DNA of 57,087 nucleotides from a virus (Duplodnaviria; Heunggongvirae; Uroviricota; Caudoviricetes): IMG/VR virus record IMGVR_UViG_2561511241_000005, positions 1 to 57,087 of that record; one strand, 5' to 3'. Shown piece by piece: positions 52,967 to 57,087 of this stretch (position 1 is its first letter; each line of letters starts with the position of its first letter). The notes under the pieces were generated by a model. It saw only the letters and a program-made list of their open reading frames with translations, ran no database searches and was not told where the DNA came from. The position numbers and the translations under genes were made by a program.

Positions 52967-55492
52967 ATGATTTACACAACTGGAACAATTGCCATCAACG
53001 GTAATACTGTTACAGGCACGGGGACAAACTTTTCCGAGCCTCTTTCTCTCATTCGTGTAGGGTGCACGCTCATTGCTGTTGGCAACCCTGTACAGATCTT
53101 TACCATCACAGAAATTAAGAGCGGCACTGAACTATCAGTAACGCCAGCGGCTAACCCTGCAATTGCTGCCGGGACAAAATTTAGCATTCTGCTATCTGAC
53201 TCGATCTCAGTTGATGGGCTTGCTCAGGACGTAGCCGAAACTCTGCGTTACTACCAGGGCAAGGAATCAGAGATCGCAACAGCTGTAGAATGGTGGAATG
53301 AGTTCGGCGGTGATGGTCAGATGGAACAACTTCTTGCCGACATTCGCACAGAAACGGCGCAATCAACCGCCAACGCTCAAAAAACAGAATCAGACAAAAA
53401 CGCAGCGGCATCATCAAAAACAGCAGCAGCAAACTCAGCAACCGCAGCAAAAGCGTCACAGGATGCAGCAAAAGCAAGCGAAACAGCAGCCAGCAACAGC
53501 AAAACGGCGGCGGCCACCAGTGAAACCAATGCGGCAAAATCAGCAGCCGATGCGCTAAACTATCGCAACCAGGCGCAGGGCATTGTTGGAGACAGTATCG
53601 GACTTGGAGCAAACAGGAGGGATTGGCCTGACTGTAACGACCCTACAGGCTATATAGGTTTTTGCCGTGCTGAAGCGTCAACAGCAAAAAACTTTCCGTC
53701 GATTGCATCTGGCGAACTTTACCTTGTAGGCTGGCTGGCGCGTGGTGACGGTTCTGTTATTAACGGCTGTTTCGTTGGTACTGTCACCCGTTCACTGTAT
53801 ACCTACGCCTATAACAACTCAGACAAATCAGTTGCGTGGACACGCCACGCAAGAAAAGATGAGATTGATCGCTTAGTGCAAATTACAGGTGATCAGACTC
53901 GCCTTTACGCTGGCAACGGTAAAACATATTTGGAAGTTGGCAACGATCGGGCATGGGGTGTTTATAATGGCGAGACTGGTCAATGGAAACCGTTAGATCT
54001 TGCGCAAGGTGGCACAGCAGGACGTAATGCAGAACAAGCGCGCACAAACCTTGAAGTTATGCATGAGCGAAAATCAAGTCTTGGTTCCACCAACATTAAT
54101 ACGCTAACCGGCGAGTATTCTGGTTTTTATTACCAGGGAATAAACTCAAATGCCACTAATGAGCGCGGTTATCCTGTATCAAGTGCTGGAGCATTGCTTG
54201 TTATCAGAAATAATGCGAACGGTAACGCAGGATGCACGCAGCTTTATTTCCCTTACAATGCTGTAAATGGCGTTTTTTATATGCGCCAATACGTCCTACA
54301 GTTTTCTGAAACTGGCTGGGAATGGACCACATGGAAGAAATTTCAGTCACTAGATTATGCTGATAGCCCGCAATTTACAAACCTTAACCTTGTAAATTCT
54401 ACAGATGCGGCAACTATTGGTGGCGGTATCTTGCAAAGTATCCTTAGCGATACATCAGGAGCGCAAAGAACCAGATCGCGCACTTACTCAGAGATCAGGG
54501 GCGACGGTAAGGCGTGGGCGACAACTCACCTACAGCGTAATGATATAAACGTATATGCAGGATTGAGCGAAGACGGCGACTTTGCTTTAAGTAAAGGATC
54601 TTTTATAGGCAAAACTGCAACATTATTGTCCAACGCAAGCAATCCATTAACTTTGACGAGCGCACACCCAACAATTAAATTTAATGAGACTGACAGACCT
54701 GAAGGTGCGCCGGACTACGCTTTTATCTGTGATGGTGGGAACTGGCGTATTGAAAGAGATCATTGGGATACGTCAAAAGCTAAAGATTGCATCTCATATA
54801 GTTACAGTAAACAAGAAGTCACAGTCCAAAATCTTTTGGCCCAAAATGTTGCCATTCATGGCGCCAGCAGCAGCGGGGCTGGTTCACTCCGGATTGAAAG
54901 TCAACGAAGTTCAGACGAAGGGATGTATATTCAGGCATGGGGTAACGGCACGGATCGCTTGTCTGTTATGGAGGTAAAACTAGACTCAGGATTCCTATTC
55001 TATGTCCAAAAGGTCGCTGACGGAAGCAGGGTACTAAGGGTTAACGGTTCAGTAACATGCACAACAGTTAACCAGCTTTCAGATCGCGACCTAAAAGACA
55101 ACATTCAGGTTATAGGTGACGCTACTGAAGCAATCCGTAAAATGAACGGGTACACCTACACGCTTAAGGAAAATGGCCTGCCTTACGCTGGCGTTATCGC
55201 TCAGGAGGTCATGGAGGCGCTACCGGAAGCAGTAGGATCGTTTACTCATTACGGTGAGGCATTACAAGGCCCGACCATTGACGGCAACGAGCTACGCGAA
55301 GAAACGCGTTACCTAAACGTTGATTATGCGGCAGTGACTGGTTTACTTGTCCAGGTGGCACGCGAAACAGATAACCGCGTCACCGAACTGGAGGAAGAAA
55401 ACGCCAGCTTACGAGCTAACATTGCCGTCATGGATGAGCGGATCACTAAACTTGAAGCGCTTGTCCGGCAGTTGACCGGAAGCGAAAAATAA
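52967..55492 (+). CDS. Side tail fibre protein with C-terminal intramolecular chaperone (peptidase S74-like) domain
   Basis: 841 aa; Ala/Ser/Thr/Lys-rich shaft repeats (AAASSKTAAANSATAAKASQDAAKASE); C-terminal SDRDLKDNIQVIG...NGYTYTLKENG motif. Confidence 0.85.
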   Translation: MIYTTGTIAINGNTVTGTGTNFSEPLSLIRVGCTLIAVGNPVQIFTITEIKSGTELSVTPAANPAIAAGTKFSILLSDSISVDGLAQDVAETLRYYQGKESEIATAVEWWNEFGGDGQMEQLLADIRTETAQSTANAQKTESDKNAAASSKTAAANSATAAKASQDAAKASETAASNSKTAAATSETNAAKSAADALNYRNQAQGIVGDSIGLGANRRDWPDCNDPTGYIGFCRAEASTAKNFPSIASGELYLVGWLARGDGSVINGCFVGTVTRSLYTYAYNNSDKSVAWTRHARKDEIDRLVQITGDQTRLYAGNGKTYLEVGNDRAWGVYNGETGQWKPLDLAQGGTAGRNAEQARTNLEVMHERKSSLGSTNINTLTGEYSGFYYQGINSNATNERGYPVSSAGALLVIRNNANGNAGCTQLYFPYNAVNGVFYMRQYVLQFSETGWEWTTWKKFQSLDYADSPQFTNLNLVNSTDAATIGGGILQSILSDTSGAQRTRSRTYSEIRGDGKAWATTHLQRNDINVYAGLSEDGDFALSKGSFIGKTATLLSNASNPLTLTSAHPTIKFNETDRPEGAPDYAFICDGGNWRIERDHWDTSKAKDCISYSYSKQEVTVQNLLAQNVAIHGASSSGAGSLRIESQRSSDEGMYIQAWGNGTDRLSVMEVKLDSGFLFYVQKVADGSRVLRVNGSVTCTTVNQLSDRDLKDNIQVIGDATEAIRKMNGYTYTLKENGLPYAGVIAQEVMEALPEAVGSFTHYGEALQGPTIDGNELREETRYLNVDYAAVTGLLVQVARETDNRVTELEEENASLRANIAVMDERITKLEALVRQLTGSEK

Positions 55493-55521
55493 GAGGTGAT
55501 GTGCGAAGAACATCGCCGCGC

Positions 55522-55550
55522 GAAACGAGGCTAACGCCTCGTTTCTTTTT
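55522..55550 (+). terminator. Rho-independent terminator after tail fibre gene
   Basis: GAAACGAGGC-taac-GCCTCGTTTC hairpin followed by TTTTT. Confidence 0.7.
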
Positions 55551-55641
55551 GTGTACCAAATAGTGACCAAAATGATAAATCAAAAACAAAAACAAAGCAT
55601 AACGCATTGAATACAAATGAATTTTTCATTAAGTTATCCAT

Positions 55642-57087
55642 TCAAAAGATAAGTGGATAGGGCAAGACTAACGAATAGTAAGTACCCAGTTTCGCGTCTG
55701 GTTTGTAGCGTTGCAGGAATCCAAGAAACAGTGGAACAAAAGGAGATACTGGCGCTAAAGGCAATACGGATGAGTCGGCAATACGAAAGAGGATTTGCGC
55801 AAATGCCGGGTGAAAGCCAAGTAGCATAAACATTGGTACGAAAATGGGGGCCAGAATCGACCAGATTGCGGAACCGCTGGCGATAAACATGCATAAGAAA
55901 GAGGAAAGCAACGCCAGACCGACAAACGCCGGGATGCCGCTAAGCCCTGAACTTTCCAGTATATCGGTCAGCCCCACGGCGATGAATTTCCCCATGTTGC
56001 TCCAGTTAAACATGGCGACAAACTGGGCGAGGGGAAAAACCATCACGATAAATCCCGCCATCTCTTTCATCGGTTCAATCATTAAATGCGGTAAATCCGC
56101 CTGACGTCGAATTGTGCGAGTAGCGATGCCATAAGCCAGCGAGACCACAAAGAAAAAAAGAATGATCAGTGGCACGATACCTTTAATAAAGGGTGATGGC
56201 ATCACGGTGTGATTAATCGGATCGCGCAATATCCCGTTTTCCGGGATCACCATCAGCGCAATCGCAGCAATAAAAAGTAGCGATACGACACCTGCTATGC
56301 GTAAACCAAAACGCTGACTTTCGGTCAATGTCTGCAGTTTCTCATCGCTGTTTCCCTGCCATTGACCTAACCGTGGTTCGATGATTTTGTCGGTTATCAG
56401 GCCGCCAACAATCGTCAGTACGACTACGGAGCTGGCCATAAAATACCAGTTATCAATTACACTGACGTGCATTTGCGGATTGAACGCAGCCGCCGCTTCC
56501 GTGCTGATCCCCGACAGCAACACGTCGGTTGTGACAATCAGTAAATTAGCCGTAAAGCCGCAACCTACGCCTGCAATGGCGGCCAGTAAACCTGCAACTG
56601 GATGTCTGCCCACCGCCAGAAAAATCAGCGCACCCATCGGTGGCATGATCACTAACGCCGCATCGGAAGAAATGTGGCTGAAAAAAGCAATAAACAGCAC
56701 CATATAACTGGCGTAGCGGGCATTAACATGCGATGCCATTTTAACCATTAGCGCTGGCAGTAAGCCGACGCGCTCCGCCAGACCGGCACCTAAAACCAGC
56801 GCCAGGATCGCGCCAAGTGGGGCAAAACCGCTAAAGTTTTTAATAACATTGGGTAAAAACCAGTGTAATCCTTCCACACTGAGCAGGTTTTTCACCATGA
56901 CCGGCGTACCATCGGTCGGGTTTTTCGCACTGACGCCAAAGGCCGACAAAATTGCCGTCGTCACCATGAGTACGATAATCAAATAGATAAAGAGCAAAAA
57001 AGGATGGGGAACCTTGTTACCAATTCTTTCGACCCAGCCATAGAGCTTCCCGGATTGGGAGGATGACGGTATGGATGACATACTCAT
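55642..57087 (-). CDS. abgT: AbgT-family transporter (p-aminobenzoyl-glutamate transporter-like), host gene
   Basis: 481 aa polytopic membrane protein beginning MSMSSIPSSSQSGKLYGWVERIGNKVPHPFLLFIYLIIV; start coincides with window end. Confidence 0.8.
   Translation of the reverse strand: MSMSSIPSSSQSGKLYGWVERIGNKVPHPFLLFIYLIIVLMVTTAILSAFGVSAKNPTDGTPVMVKNLLSVEGLHWFLPNVIKNFSGFAPLGAILALVLGAGLAERVGLLPALMVKMASHVNARYASYMVLFIAFFSHISSDAALVIMPPMGALIFLAVGRHPVAGLLAAIAGVGCGFTANLLIVTTDVLLSGISTEAAAAFNPQMHVSVIDNWYFMASSVVVLTIVGGLITDKIIEPRLGQWQGNSDEKLQTLTESQRFGLRIAGVVSLLFIAAIALMVIPENGILRDPINHTVMPSPFIKGIVPLIILFFFVVSLAYGIATRTIRRQADLPHLMIEPMKEMAGFIVMVFPLAQFVAMFNWSNMGKFIAVGLTDILESSGLSGIPAFVGLALLSSFLCMFIASGSAIWSILAPIFVPMFMLLGFHPAFAQILFRIADSSVLPLAPVSPFVPLFLGFLQRYKPDAKLGTYYSLVLPYPLIF

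Larger units (their letters stand above)
1..55641. mobile_element. Integrated temperate phage (prophage) with lambda-like tail module; left boundary lies upstream of the window
   Basis: Contiguous integrase, repressor, replication, recombination, lysis, terminase, capsid and tail modules; host transporter gene begins immediately to the right. Confidence 0.85.

Noticed and set aside
53181-53612. 143-aa minus-strand ORF inside the tail fibre gene
   Set aside because: Low-complexity Leu/Pro-rich translation antisense to the Ala/Ser-rich fibre repeats; repeat artefact.

Overview
The window is almost entirely an integrated temperate siphovirus-type prophage (about 55.6 kb, positions 1 to ~55,640) followed by a host AbgT-family transporter gene on the minus strand. 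From left to right: a P4-type tyrosine integrase with an overlapping AlpA/Xis-like gene; a leftward (minus-strand) replication operon (cro-position HTH protein, replisome-organiser protein with internal iteron origin, Rha/KilAC antirepressor, HTH-metallophosphoesterase, DnaB-family helicase, NinB); a rightward CI-like S24 repressor; then one very long plus-strand gene series (PL-like promoter, nut-like site, N-like protein, Erf, SSB, many small ORFs, Dam methylase, C5-methylase-like protein, NinG, RusA, a Q-like zinc-finger protein, about 25 tiny ORFs, pinholin/SAR-endolysin/Rz/Rz1, terminase, portal, capsid and lambda-like tail genes H-M-L-K-I-J, side tail fibre). The most unusual features found by eye are a tandem array of ten translationally coupled micro-ORFs encoding 22-32 aa single-pass hydrophobic peptides between the lysis cassette and terminase, a recurrent ACAAAATG/CATTTTGT-centred motif (often as inverted pairs) in at least seven intergenic regions, and three opposite-strand small-gene cassettes inserted inside the tail gene cluster. 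All functional calls rest on remembered family signatures and gene order, not on database searches, and many start codons are chosen by ribosome-binding-site inspection only.
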